The translations under genes were made by a program, and so were the position numbers. A stretch of DNA of 64,000 nt, from assembly GCA_015654475.1 (NCBI GenBank), contig JAATGV010000041.1, positions 26,452-90,451 of the forward strand, in the 5' to 3' direction. Shown piece after piece: positions 16,306 to 27,672 of the stretch; position 1 is the stretch's first letter; each line of letters opens with the position of its first letter. The stretch is from Actinomycetales bacterium. GTDB lineage: Bacteria > Actinomycetota > Actinomycetes > Actinomycetales > Microbacteriaceae. The notes under the pieces were generated by a model. It worked only from the letters and a program-made list of their open reading frames with translations, searched no databases and was not told the DNA's origin.

Positions 16306-19172
16306 GACTCGTGGCACCAACACTCCGCATTGCCGCGCGGCAAGTCCTCCGTTCCTGGCGCCAAAGCCTGCTGATCGCGCTACTGATCGTGCTCCCCGTA
16401 GCCGGGATGTCAACCGCGGCAACACTCATCACCAGCACGATCGCAACCACAGACGAAACCATCACCCACCAGTTGGGCAAGATGCAGGCCTGGATCAGCG
16501 TCATCAGTCCGCCAGACACCAGTCTCACCCAATCGGCAACTGACCCGAGCTACTACCAGTTCGACACCGACGAAAACGGCAACCCCACCCACCAGGCTGC
16601 GAACGCCACGCCAGTAACTCCGCAACAAGTGCTTCCACAGTCCACCGCCGTCCTCCCCATCAGTGAGTCATCAGCCACAATCCAGACGAATGATGGCATC
16701 ACCAAAATCAATACCACCATGGGGCAGTCCTGGGATTCGAACCTCGTCGGTCGGTATCTGCTGGCCAGCGGCCGTGCACCAACAGCAGACAACGAAATCG
16801 CACTCTCGGCGCATGCCCTGAACAGGCTCGGCGCAAACGTCGGAAGCACAGTGGCATTCACCGACCCGGCAAAAACCCTCACCGTCGTCGGCGTCATGCG
16901 CAGCGTGACCGACACAAACGATACAGACCGCGCCTTCGGAACGACCGAAGCGCTCACCTCGAGCCAGTCCGTCACCGCGTTGCGCTACTACCTTCCCGAC
17001 CTGGCGTTGGGCGCAACTGAAGTGCGCGCCCTCAACGCCAAAGGCATAGTTGTCTTCTCACGCGAACTCATGCTCAATCCACCAGCAGCAGACGCAGGAT
17101 TCCTCACCTACGGTTATGACAACACAAGCTACGCCGCTGGTAGCGTCGCCTCGCTGCTGCTGACCATCGCCGTGTTCATGTTGTTCGAGGTGGGGCTACT
17201 CGCCGGTGCCGCGTTCACCGTTTCAGCACGCACCGCGCAACGAGAGCTCGCCGTCGTCGCGTCGGTAGGGGCAACCCGCCGTTCCCTGTTCACCATCATT
17301 TCGTGGCACGGCGTAGTGCTTGGCCTCGTCGGCGGTCTTGTCGGCTCCGCACTCGGTATCGGCATCGCTTTCGGAGGCATCTCCCTGTTCGGCAATGGCA
17401 GCGTCGACCAATTCCCCGGCTTCCATGTGCCATGGCTTGTTCTGCTCGGCGTAGTGGTATTCGCGGCATTGGCCGGGTGGATTGCTGCGGCCGTCCCCGC
17501 GTGGCAGGCCAGCCGGATGGATGTGGTGCGCGCGTTACGCGGTGCCCGCAAGCCGCACCGTCCCAGCAGGCTCTTGCCCATCCTTGGGGTCCTCGTACTC
17601 GCAGTGGGCGTCGTCCTCAACCTCATCTCGATCCGGCTCCTGCACGAAGCCACCGACGATGTGAAGAACTTCAACCAAGACCTCTACTCTGGCGCGGCCA
17701 TCCTCACCGTTGTCGCGACAATTGTGATCATCATCGGGCTCGTGCTCGGGGTGCCCCTGATCATCGACGTCCTCGCCCGCCTGATCGGGCGGGGAGCGCT
17801 TGCCGCACGTCTTGGTGGCAGAGATGTCGCACGCAACCGCGGGCGTACCGTCCCCATCATCGCGGCGATCCTCGCTACGGCAGTCGGGGCATCCATGGTC
17901 ATCACCATTATCGGGTCGGCCGACGAGCTACAAAGACGGACGTGGAGTGGATCGGACCTGCCTGGCCAGATGATGGTGTATCTGCCGCTCTTCTCCTCTT
18001 CGACGATCAACGGAACCGGTGTTCAAACGATCATCGGTGCTCCCTCATCGGCACAGGCAGAAGCGGACGGCAAAAAAATCGTTGAGGTGGCCAAACGCAC
18101 ACTTCCCGGTGCGGACGTTCGCATCGTCCACTCCGTAACAACCGACGCCTTCGATTTCACTTCGACCGACGAGCTGATTACTCTCGCCGCGCCGTTGAGC
18201 AACCCGATGGTGCCCGCGGCAAACGCCTGCCCACTTGACCCATATGCTTACACCAAAGCGTGGTATGCCGACCCGCGGTGCGTGTACGGCCAAGGCATCG
18301 GCGAGCCCACGAACCAACAGTCCATGCTGGTTGGCACCACCGACGATCTCGCGACCATCACCGGGATCGAACCAAGCGTAGAGGTAAAGGCCGCCCTAAG
18401 CGCGGGCAAGCCCGTCGCCCTGAACCCCCTTCTCCTCGACGCCGACGGGACGCTTACCTTCGGAACATGGCCCGAAGGACGCACCCAGGATGACCCAGAT
18501 TCCTCGCAGCAGGGAACCAGCCAGGCACCCATGTCGTTCGGGAAGCCGAGTTCCACCAAGTCCTGGTCCACTGTCGCGGCGACAAGCACGGTCCGACTCA
18601 ATTACGCCGTGTTCATGACAGAGGAAACCGCCCGATCGCTTGGTTTCGGCACCTACGCCACCAAAGTCATCATGACGAAGGCAGGAGGGTTCACACAGAC
18701 CGAATCCGACAAGCTTTGGGGCGCGTTGCGGTCAGCTTTCCCCGACGCCGACCAGTACAGCGTCTGGCCAAGTATTCAGGACGGCCCGTCCGGCCCGCTT
18801 GGGACCTGGCTCATCGTCGGTATCGCCGCACTCATCGGGTTGGTCACCACGACCATTGCACTCGCGCTGGCCCGCTCTGACTCGAAGGGAGACGACGCAG
18901 TGCTCGCCTCAATTGGGGCGACGGGTGCACTACGACGAAGAATCGCCGTCTGGCAGGCATTGTTCATCACCGGGATCGCTTGTGTGACCGGCGTGCTAGT
19001 GGGACTCGTGCCCGCCTATGTGCTGAGCTCCGTCGACACACAGCCCCCGATGGTCGTGCCCTGGAACATGCTGGCAGCCATCGCGATTGGCATACCCCTT
19101 GTCTCCGCCGTCGGCGCATTCGTTTTCACACGTAGCAGAATGCAGTATCGAGCCGGTGCATCAATCGCATGA
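16302..19172 (+). CDS. FtsX-family ABC transporter permease (956 aa, two FtsX modules)
   Basis: Two hydrophobic 4-TM blocks, each preceded by a large extracytoplasmic segment. Translationally coupled to the ATPase. Confidence 0.8.
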   Translation: MRLVAPTLRIAARQVLRSWRQSLLIALLIVLPVAGMSTAATLITSTIATTDETITHQLGKMQAWISVISPPDTSLTQSATDPSYYQFDTDENGNPTHQAANATPVTPQQVLPQSTAVLPISESSATIQTNDGITKINTTMGQSWDSNLVGRYLLASGRAPTADNEIALSAHALNRLGANVGSTVAFTDPAKTLTVVGVMRSVTDTNDTDRAFGTTEALTSSQSVTALRYYLPDLALGATEVRALNAKGIVVFSRELMLNPPAADAGFLTYGYDNTSYAAGSVASLLLTIAVFMLFEVGLLAGAAFTVSARTAQRELAVVASVGATRRSLFTIISWHGVVLGLVGGLVGSALGIGIAFGGISLFGNGSVDQFPGFHVPWLVLLGVVVFAALAGWIAAAVPAWQASRMDVVRALRGARKPHRPSRLLPILGVLVLAVGVVLNLISIRLLHEATDDVKNFNQDLYSGAAILTVVATIVIIIGLVLGVPLIIDVLARLIGRGALAARLGGRDVARNRGRTVPIIAAILATAVGASMVITIIGSADELQRRTWSGSDLPGQMMVYLPLFSSSTINGTGVQTIIGAPSSAQAEADGKKIVEVAKRTLPGADVRIVHSVTTDAFDFTSTDELITLAAPLSNPMVPAANACPLDPYAYTKAWYADPRCVYGQGIGEPTNQQSMLVGTTDDLATITGIEPSVEVKAALSAGKPVALNPLLLDADGTLTFGTWPEGRTQDDPDSSQQGTSQAPMSFGKPSSTKSWSTVAATSTVRLNYAVFMTEETARSLGFGTYATKVIMTKAGGFTQTESDKLWGALRSAFPDADQYSVWPSIQDGPSGPLGTWLIVGIAALIGLVTTTIALALARSDSKGDDAVLASIGATGALRRRIAVWQALFITGIACVTGVLVGLVPAYVLSSVDTQPPMVVPWNMLAAIAIGIPLVSAVGAFVFTRSRMQYRAGASIA

Positions 19173-19178
19173 GAAGGA

Positions 19179-21056
<1,878 letters not shown>

Positions 21057-21082
21057 GGCTCAAGGCTAGCATGTTCCAGCCC

Positions 21083-21529
21083 TCAGCGGGCAACCCTTCG
21101 GCGCCTGCTCGGCAAGATGAACCCATACACGCATCCAGCCGCCGTGGTTGCCGCAGCCACAAACGGGATATACCCCAGCCCAAAGAACAACAGCACCATG
21201 ATGCCTGCGTCGGAGTCGGAGTTCAGCAGCCCGTAGACGAGCGGGACAGCGCCGATCACAGCCGACGCACCGAACGCGATAAAGGTTCGCCACCTCTTGC
21301 CGAGAAACCGAATGCTGAAGCCGAGCACGAACATGGCAACCGCGAAGGCCACGTGGAGTGGCCACATCATGCCCCCGACAACGGACAACGTGTCGACGGC
21401 CAGCGCACCAAAGCTGCTCTGATCGAAGATGTTGGCTGGGTTGACAGCCATGCAGATTCCCCATGTCAGGAAGAATGTCATGACCCCGGCGATCGCCGCC
21501 TGGGCAAGGGCGTGTGCTGCACGTTTCAC
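21083..21529 (-). CDS. hypothetical small membrane protein (about 4 TM)
   Basis: 148 aa ORF with a GTG start, four hydrophobic stretches and a basic C-terminal tail RRRRVAR. No family recognised. Confidence 0.45.
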   Translation of the reverse strand: MKRAAHALAQAAIAGVMTFFLTWGICMAVNPANIFDQSSFGALAVDTLSVVGGMMWPLHVAFAVAMFVLGFSIRFLGKRWRTFIAFGASAVIGAVPLVYGLLNSDSDAGIMVLLFFGLGYIPFVAAATTAAGCVYGFILPSRRRRVAR

Positions 21530-21719
21530 GTATTCGAGAGTAACGAACTTGCACTAGCCCGAGCGCCAGAAATGCCGATGGCTTGCTGTGGATCCGTGGC
21601 ACGCATGGCGAGCTCGCCGGGTCCCATCGGGGTGGTAATCCAGAGCTCATCCAGCAGACAAAATATCATATCTAGTTACTTATGACTATTTCTCGCATCA
21701 ATATATCGATAGTGATATT

Positions 21720-22034
21720 ATGACCAGCATGGCTGACACGACCGAACTTCTACGCAGCATCGGAGAACAGCTGCGCCAACTGCGCATCGCCGAGGGCCTA
21801 TCTCAAGAAGAACTCGCCGCGCGCGCCAATGTCGGCGTCGCCACCCTGCGTCGCCTCGAAACGGGACACGACATCTCACTCGGCAGACTCATCCCCCTCA
21901 TCAAAACACTTGGTCGAGCCGATTGGTTCGCAGAACTTGACCCAATCGGAGACGGCCCCACCCCCATGGAACTGGTTCGCGAGCGCGAAGGCAGAGAACG
22001 CAGACCCCGCCGTGTCTCGCGGAGTCGCTCATGA
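21720..22034 (+). CDS. hipB: XRE-family HTH antitoxin (HipB-like)
   Basis: Contains LRQLRIAEGLSQEELAARANVGVATLRRLETGH. ATGA overlap with the hipA start. Confidence 0.8.
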   Translation: MTSMADTTELLRSIGEQLRQLRIAEGLSQEELAARANVGVATLRRLETGHDISLGRLIPLIKTLGRADWFAELDPIGDGPTPMELVREREGRERRPRRVSRSRS

Positions 22035-23323
22035 GCTACACGCCTGTCGACCTCGTCGAAGTGTTTGCCTGGGGCAGCCGTGTTGGAGCCGTCACTGCGA
22101 TCGGACAGCGCAACGCATACACGTTTCAATACGACCCGGCCTGGGTTCGTGCTGGCATCGACCTCGCCCCGATCCTCATGCCGCGGCGCCGGGCTCCCTA
22201 CACGTTTCCTGGCCTGTCTGAGACAACATTCCACGGTCTGGCGCCCATGCTCGCCGACAGCCTGCCCGACGCCTTCGGCAACGGGCTCATTGATGCGTGG
22301 ATGGCAGGCAACGGCGTGCAACCATCCCTCGTCACCCCGCTCGACCGGCTCGTCTACCTCGGCTCCCGAGGCATGGGCGCTCTGGAATACCAGCCCGACC
22401 AGCACCCACATGCACCCCGCTCCTCCGCACTCGATATGGGCGAATTGATACTGGCGGCTCGACGCGCCGTGCGTGGCACAGTGGCAAACGACGACCTGGC
22501 CGAGGCGTCGTTGCAACAGATCATTGACGTCGGCACGTCGGCCGGCGGCGCTCGAGCCAAGGCTGTGATCAATCTCAACCCCGTCTCCCGAGAAATTCGA
22601 TCCGGTCACCTCCCTCCAGAACCTGGCTTCGAAGCCTGGTTACTCAAATTTGACGGAGTCGGGGCCGACAAGCAGCTCGGAGCGGGAGAAGAGTACGGCC
22701 GTATCGAATACGCCTACTCTCTGATGGCCCGCGCCGCAGGCATAGAAATGAGCCAGACCGCGCTTCTGGCAGAACATGATCGCGCCCACTTCATGACCAA
22801 AAGATTTGATCGCGTCGGTGCAGAGAAACGTCACACGCAAACCCTTTCGGGTCTTGTCGGCATGGACTTCAACGCGATTGCCGTGAACAGTTACGCGCAA
22901 CTCTTTGCCGCTATCCAACAGCTTGCTCTGCCCGCCGAAACCCGAACCGAGGCATGGCGCAGGATGGCGTTCAATGTCGCCGCCGCAAACAACGACGACC
23001 ATGCTAAAAACTTCTCCTTCCTCGCAGATCGCGAAGGCACGTGGAGCCTGTCTCCTGCCTACGATGTCACGCATGCGTACAGTCCCGACGGCAGGTGGAC
23101 CAACCAACACTTGATGGGTGTCAACGGCAAGTTTCGAGACATCGAATACCGCGACTTGCTGGCAGTCGCCGACCGATTCGACGTGCCGCATGCGATGGAT
23201 GCCGCAAAACGAATCCGGGAAGCCCTGGAGAGTTGGCCTGAATTCGCCGCAGAGGCAGGAGTCAGCAGAGGCCGCACCAGCGCGATCGAACGTGACTTCC
23301 AGAAACAGGCCCTCATACGCTAA
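22031..23323 (+). CDS. hipA: type II toxin-antitoxin system HipA-family kinase toxin
   Basis: 430 aa. The N-terminal HipA coupling region is followed by the kinase core with SAGGARAKA and NNDDHAKNFSF. Confidence 0.85.
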   Translation: MSYTPVDLVEVFAWGSRVGAVTAIGQRNAYTFQYDPAWVRAGIDLAPILMPRRRAPYTFPGLSETTFHGLAPMLADSLPDAFGNGLIDAWMAGNGVQPSLVTPLDRLVYLGSRGMGALEYQPDQHPHAPRSSALDMGELILAARRAVRGTVANDDLAEASLQQIIDVGTSAGGARAKAVINLNPVSREIRSGHLPPEPGFEAWLLKFDGVGADKQLGAGEEYGRIEYAYSLMARAAGIEMSQTALLAEHDRAHFMTKRFDRVGAEKRHTQTLSGLVGMDFNAIAVNSYAQLFAAIQQLALPAETRTEAWRRMAFNVAAANNDDHAKNFSFLADREGTWSLSPAYDVTHAYSPDGRWTNQHLMGVNGKFRDIEYRDLLAVADRFDVPHAMDAAKRIREALESWPEFAAEAGVSRGRTSAIERDFQKQALIR

Positions 23324-23419
23324 CGGCAGTGCCCTCCCAAATTGGCCGCGTCACATGCCACACTGCAGCGCACATCCTTGACCACCCAGCGAAGGCAGCA
23401 ACGATCGCGATCAGGCGAC

Positions 23420-23487
23420 GCTAACAGAGGAAGAGCGGCCCCTTCGAGCCGCTATTCTGCCTGACCCCGCGCATTTCCTCGGTTAGC
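23420..23487. repeat. Diverged 68-bp copy of the GCTAACAGAGGAA palindromic element, between convergent hipA and era
   Basis: GCTAACAGAGGAAGAGCGG ... GCGCATTTCCTCGGTTAGC. Same length and termini as 414-481. Confidence 0.7.
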
Positions 23488-23510
23488 GTCACAAAAGGTA
23501 CGCGACCGCA

Positions 23511-24413
23511 TCAAAACCCGAGACGATCGAGCTCCTTTGACGAGCGCTGCCAGTCTTTGCGCACCGTCACGTGCAGCTTCAAGAAGACTCGTGTGCCGAG
23601 TAACGGCTCGATCGCGGCACGCGCGCGCGTACCGATGGCCGTAAGCCGACTGCCGCCCCGCCCGATGATGATGGCCTTCTGACTATCGCGCTCCAAAATG
23701 ATGCTCGCGTAGACATCGGTCAACGTCGTGCCCTTGCGCCGCCCCATTTCATCGATCACCACAGCAACGGAGTGCGGCAGTTCATCGTCCACACCCTCAA
23801 GAACAGCCTCACGGATAAGCTCCGCAACTCGAGTCTCCACACTTTCGTCGGTGTTCTGCTCCTCGTCGTACAACGCGGGCGACTCCGGCAGGTGCGCGAT
23901 CAGCAGGTCGGCAAGCGCATCGAGATTTTCCCCCTCTGCGGCTGACACGGGAATGACGTCGTCCCATTCGCGAAGCTCGGACACCGCAAGCAGCGCCTCG
24001 GCCAGCTTGACCCGACTCACCGTTTCGCACTTCGTTACAATCGCGATCCGTTTGGCCTGCGGATACTTTTCGAGTTCGGCGTTAATGTAGCGATCGCCTG
24101 GCCCGAGCTTCTCGTTCGCGGGCAGGCACAACCCGATGATGTCTACGTCAGAAAGCGTGGTGTGCGCCACATCGTTCAGTCGCTCGCCGAGTAGCGTGCG
24201 CGGCCGATGGATGCCTGGGGTGTCGACGATCACAATCTGACCTCCGGGGCGCCGGGCGATACCGCGAATGGCTCGGCGAGTGGTCTGGGGCTTGCTCGAC
24301 GTGATGGCGATCTTCTCGCCGACGAGTGCGTTCGTGAGCGTCGACTTGCCCACGTTCGGCCTGCCGATAAACGTGACGAATCCTGCGCGGTGGATCGGTT
24401 CGCGTTCAGTCAT
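23511..24413 (-). CDS. era: GTPase Era
   Basis: G1 motif GRPNVGKST, DTPG, and a C-terminal KH domain. Confidence 0.95.
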   Translation of the reverse strand: MTEREPIHRAGFVTFIGRPNVGKSTLTNALVGEKIAITSSKPQTTRRAIRGIARRPGGQIVIVDTPGIHRPRTLLGERLNDVAHTTLSDVDIIGLCLPANEKLGPGDRYINAELEKYPQAKRIAIVTKCETVSRVKLAEALLAVSELREWDDVIPVSAAEGENLDALADLLIAHLPESPALYDEEQNTDESVETRVAELIREAVLEGVDDELPHSVAVVIDEMGRRKGTTLTDVYASIILERDSQKAIIIGRGGSRLTAIGTRARAAIEPLLGTRVFLKLHVTVRKDWQRSSKELDRLGF

Positions 24414-24425
24414 TGTGCCCCCGAA

Positions 24426-25847
24426 TCACTTCTGTTGGTCGTGCGGATCGTGTGAATCATTCGACGATGCTACTTGAGTCGCGTCCGTTGCGCCCTGTTC
24501 GGCAGCGGGCGCAACCGAGGTGGCTTGGGCTGACGAACCATCACGGTCGCCATCTAATTCGTTCACGACTACGTCCGCCGCATCCTGACTATCGGCCCGA
24601 TTGTGACCTGCAAAGGTGACGAGGAGGGAAAGGATCCGGCCAGACTGGGCATCGACAGACTCTGCTGTCATGTCGAGCCCAGCAACACTGACCTGTGCCG
24701 AGGCCATCGCCAGCTTTCCGTAGGCCTTCTGAAATAGGCCACCCGCCGAATCGACATCCTCGTCTTCGATGTCGATCCCGAAAATCTCACCAAGCTCATC
24801 GAGACCCAGCCTTGCCGAAACCCGGAAGCGTCCGTCGCCAAGATCGTCGACCTCGTCTGCTTCGCGGTCGGATTCGTCCGAAATGGCGCCAAGCAACTCT
24901 TCGATGACGTCTTCCATCGTGGCCAAGCCAGCAACACCGCCGTATTCGTCGATGACCATCAAGATGTGCATCGACTCGGCCTGCATCAGCCGCATCGCAT
25001 CGTCCACAGGCAGTGACTCCGGCACGAACAAAGGAGGCTTAGCCAGTTCGGAAGCCGCCGAGTCTGCGGCATCGTCGCCTCGTTCGTAGAGTTCCTTCGC
25101 CGCATCTCGCAGATAGAGCACGCCGAGCACCTCATCGACGTCCTCGCCGATGACCGGCACCCGTGACACCCCGCGTGACAGAAACGTGCCCATCGCCTCG
25201 CCGACGGTCGCATCCGACTCGATGGCGACCATATCCGTACGCGGCACCATCACTTCGCGAATAATGGTGTCGCCGAACTCAACAACTTGGTGGATCAAGT
25301 CGCGTTCGTCGTCATCGAGAACATCTGACTCGGTCGCCTTATCAACGAGATTGAGCAGGTACGCCTCCGAGGCGATACCGGAACCCGATCCGCCAGCGGC
25401 GACGCGTCCACCGATGCGAGACAAGCCCGCACCGACAGGGCCGATGCTCCAGGCTGCGAACGCAACAATGCCGCTCGTCCAGCGCAAGACCCGAATCGGA
25501 TGGTTACGCCCAAGCCCGCGAGGGCTCGAGCCGACGAGCACGAACGAAACGACGAGCATGATGGCAACCGTGAGCAGCAACGCCAGCCACCACTGCGAGA
25601 GCAACCGGTCGAAAAGGATGGCGATACTTGCGGCTGCTGCCGTCTCGCAGATCACTCGCAGAAAGCTGCTTGCCGCGATGTGACGCGCAGGATCCGCGGC
25701 AATGCGGCTAAGACTTGCCCGCCCGTTCTCCTTCGCGAGTTCGGCGATCAGGGCAGTCGGCGCAGTGCCGATTGCGGCCTCACTCGCCGCATAGACCCCG
25801 CCGAGTATGACGAGGACTATCGCCAGCGCAACGAGAAAGACTGTCAC
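24426..25847 (-). CDS. hemolysin-family / CNNM (DUF21-CBS-CorC_HlyC) membrane protein
   Basis: N-terminal TM region, a CBS pair and a CorC C-terminal domain. Start set at GTG 25847, in a GTGA overlap with the ybeY stop; the ORF track starts at TTG 25865. Confidence 0.85.
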   Translation of the reverse strand: MTVFLVALAIVLVILGGVYAASEAAIGTAPTALIAELAKENGRASLSRIAADPARHIAASSFLRVICETAAAASIAILFDRLLSQWWLALLLTVAIMLVVSFVLVGSSPRGLGRNHPIRVLRWTSGIVAFAAWSIGPVGAGLSRIGGRVAAGGSGSGIASEAYLLNLVDKATESDVLDDDERDLIHQVVEFGDTIIREVMVPRTDMVAIESDATVGEAMGTFLSRGVSRVPVIGEDVDEVLGVLYLRDAAKELYERGDDAADSAASELAKPPLFVPESLPVDDAMRLMQAESMHILMVIDEYGGVAGLATMEDVIEELLGAISDESDREADEVDDLGDGRFRVSARLGLDELGEIFGIDIEDEDVDSAGGLFQKAYGKLAMASAQVSVAGLDMTAESVDAQSGRILSLLVTFAGHNRADSQDAADVVVNELDGDRDGSSAQATSVAPAAEQGATDATQVASSNDSHDPHDQQK

Positions 25848-26308
25848 CGTCCTCGCTTCTCCCAAAGCGCGAATGCCACCAGGATCTCGCCCTGCAGCGC
25901 AAACATCGCGCGTTCCTCCTCTGGTTCTGCATGGTCGAATCCGAGCACATGCAGCAAGCCGTGGACTGTCAGAAGCAAAATCTCTTCCATAGTGCTATGC
26001 CCAGCCTTTTCGGCCTGCAGCTCGGCGACCTGCGGGCACACCACGATATCGCCGAGTTGGCCGGGAGGAGTCGGGCGCTCCGGAGTGCCCGGCCGCAACT
26101 CATCCATCGGAAAGCTGAGCACGTCGGTAGGGCCGGCCTCATCCATCCACCGCACATGCAATTCTTCCATTGCACCCTCGTCGACCAAGGTGACTCCCAC
26201 CTCGGCCGCAGCATTGACGTGAAGGTAGTCGAGACTGAACGAGATGAGGCGGTGGATGCGCACCTCATCGATCTCCATACCCGATTCGTTTGCGAGTTCG
26301 ACTGTCAT
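25844..26308 (-). CDS. ybeY: rRNA maturation endoribonuclease YbeY
   Basis: Zinc motif HGLLHVLGFDH. ATGA overlap with the phoH stop. Confidence 0.95.
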   Translation of the reverse strand: MTVELANESGMEIDEVRIHRLISFSLDYLHVNAAAEVGVTLVDEGAMEELHVRWMDEAGPTDVLSFPMDELRPGTPERPTPPGQLGDIVVCPQVAELQAEKAGHSTMEEILLLTVHGLLHVLGFDHAEPEEERAMFALQGEILVAFALWEKRGR

Positions 26309-27291
26309 CGGTCGTTTTCCTGCCGTTCGTATGCCTCGATGATGCGGCTGACAAGCTGGTGGCGCACCACGTCTTCAGAGTGAAGGTAGGCAAAATGGAT
26401 GTCGTCGATGTCTTCGAGAATATGTGTGACCGCCTCGAGACCGCTTCTGCCTGATCCGAGGTCGACCTGGGTGACGTCTCCGGTGACGACCATTGTGGAT
26501 CCGAACCCCAATCGAGTGAGGAACATCTTCATCTGCTCCTGCGTCGTGTTTTGGGCCTCGTCGAGAATAACGAACGCATCGTTGAGGGTGCGGCCGCGCA
26601 TATAGGCGAGCGGGGCCACCTCGATGACTCCGAACTCCATCAGCTTGGCAACGGACTCGGCCTCCATCATTTCGCTGAGCGCGTCGAAGAGCGGGCGAAG
26701 GTACGGGTCGATCTTCTCACCAAGCGTGCCCGGCAAGAAGCCGAGCCGCTCCCCCGCCTCGACGGCCGGGCGGGTCAGAACGATGCGGCTCACCTTTTTG
26801 TCATGAAGTGCCTGGACGGCCTTCGCCATTGCCAGGTATGTCTTTCCGGTGCCCGCGGGACCGATGCCGAAAACGATCGTGTTGCGGTCGATGGCATCGA
26901 CGTAACGCTTCTGCCCCAAAGTCTTCGGACGAATCGATCGACCATGCGCCGTGACGATTGCCTGCGAAAGCACGTCGACTGGCCGGTTCAAGTTGGTGTC
27001 GCGAGCGAGCGATGCCACGCTATCGACATCCGCGGGCGTGAGTACGCCGGATAGCGCAAGCTCGCGGAGCGCGTGCATGACCCGAGTCACGGCAGCGATG
27101 TCCTCTTCTGGTCCGCGAGCGTCGATGAGGCCATCGCGCGCACCGAATGTGACAGACGGGAACAGCGCCTCGAGTCTGCGAAACGCGCCATCGGACTCGC
27201 CGAGAAATGAGAACAGCGGCACGCCGCCAAGGTCAAGGATCGCGGTGCGTTCTTGGGATTCAGGCAAGTCTGGACTCCGAGAGGTCGCCAC
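26305..27291 (-). CDS. phoH: PhoH-family ATPase
   Basis: Walker A GPAGTGKTYLA with PhoH core conservation. The start is uncertain: GTG 27291 or TTG 27267. ATG 27372 would overlap the HIT gene by 113 nt. Confidence 0.85.
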   Translation of the reverse strand: MATSRSPDLPESQERTAILDLGGVPLFSFLGESDGAFRRLEALFPSVTFGARDGLIDARGPEEDIAAVTRVMHALRELALSGVLTPADVDSVASLARDTNLNRPVDVLSQAIVTAHGRSIRPKTLGQKRYVDAIDRNTIVFGIGPAGTGKTYLAMAKAVQALHDKKVSRIVLTRPAVEAGERLGFLPGTLGEKIDPYLRPLFDALSEMMEAESVAKLMEFGVIEVAPLAYMRGRTLNDAFVILDEAQNTTQEQMKMFLTRLGFGSTMVVTGDVTQVDLGSGRSGLEAVTHILEDIDDIHFAYLHSEDVVRHQLVSRIIEAYERQENDR

Positions 27292-27616
27292 CAAGGATAT
27301 GGGCGTGGACGTGGAAGACGGTCTGGCCCGCCTTTTCTCCCGTGTTGAAGACGAGCCGAAACTCTCCTCCACTGTTGGCTTCGGCGATGGCCCCCGCAGT
27401 GGTCACGAGGTCAGCGAGCAGCGCAGGATCGGCTGCCAGCTCGGTGACATTCCGATACGCATGCGTGGTGGGCGTCACAATGATGTGCACGTCGGCCTGT
27501 GGATGGATGTCGGTGAATGCGATGACCGTGTCTGTGCGAAGCACGATGTCCGCCGGAATCTTGCCGGCAACGATGGCGCAGAAAACGCACCCTTCATCAG
27601 CAATAACCTCTGTCAT
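27260..27616 (-). CDS. HIT-family (histidine triad) protein
   Basis: 118 aa with CVFCAI and the histidine triad HVHAHIL. Confidence 0.9.
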   Translation of the reverse strand: MTEVIADEGCVFCAIVAGKIPADIVLRTDTVIAFTDIHPQADVHIIVTPTTHAYRNVTELAADPALLADLVTTAGAIAEANSGGEFRLVFNTGEKAGQTVFHVHAHILGGDLSESRLA

Positions 27617-27672
27617 ACATACATTCTACGTGTCGGGTGCAACGAGTACATGGCAATGGCTGGTTGGATCGA

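Noticed and set aside
21071-21685. 204 aa plus-strand ORF (and 21066..21650 on the minus strand) overlapping the small membrane protein gene
   Set aside because: The translations are Arg/His/Gly-rich with no hydrophobic or domain pattern. The 21083..21529 frame gives a coherent four-TM protein, though that call itself has only moderate confidence.
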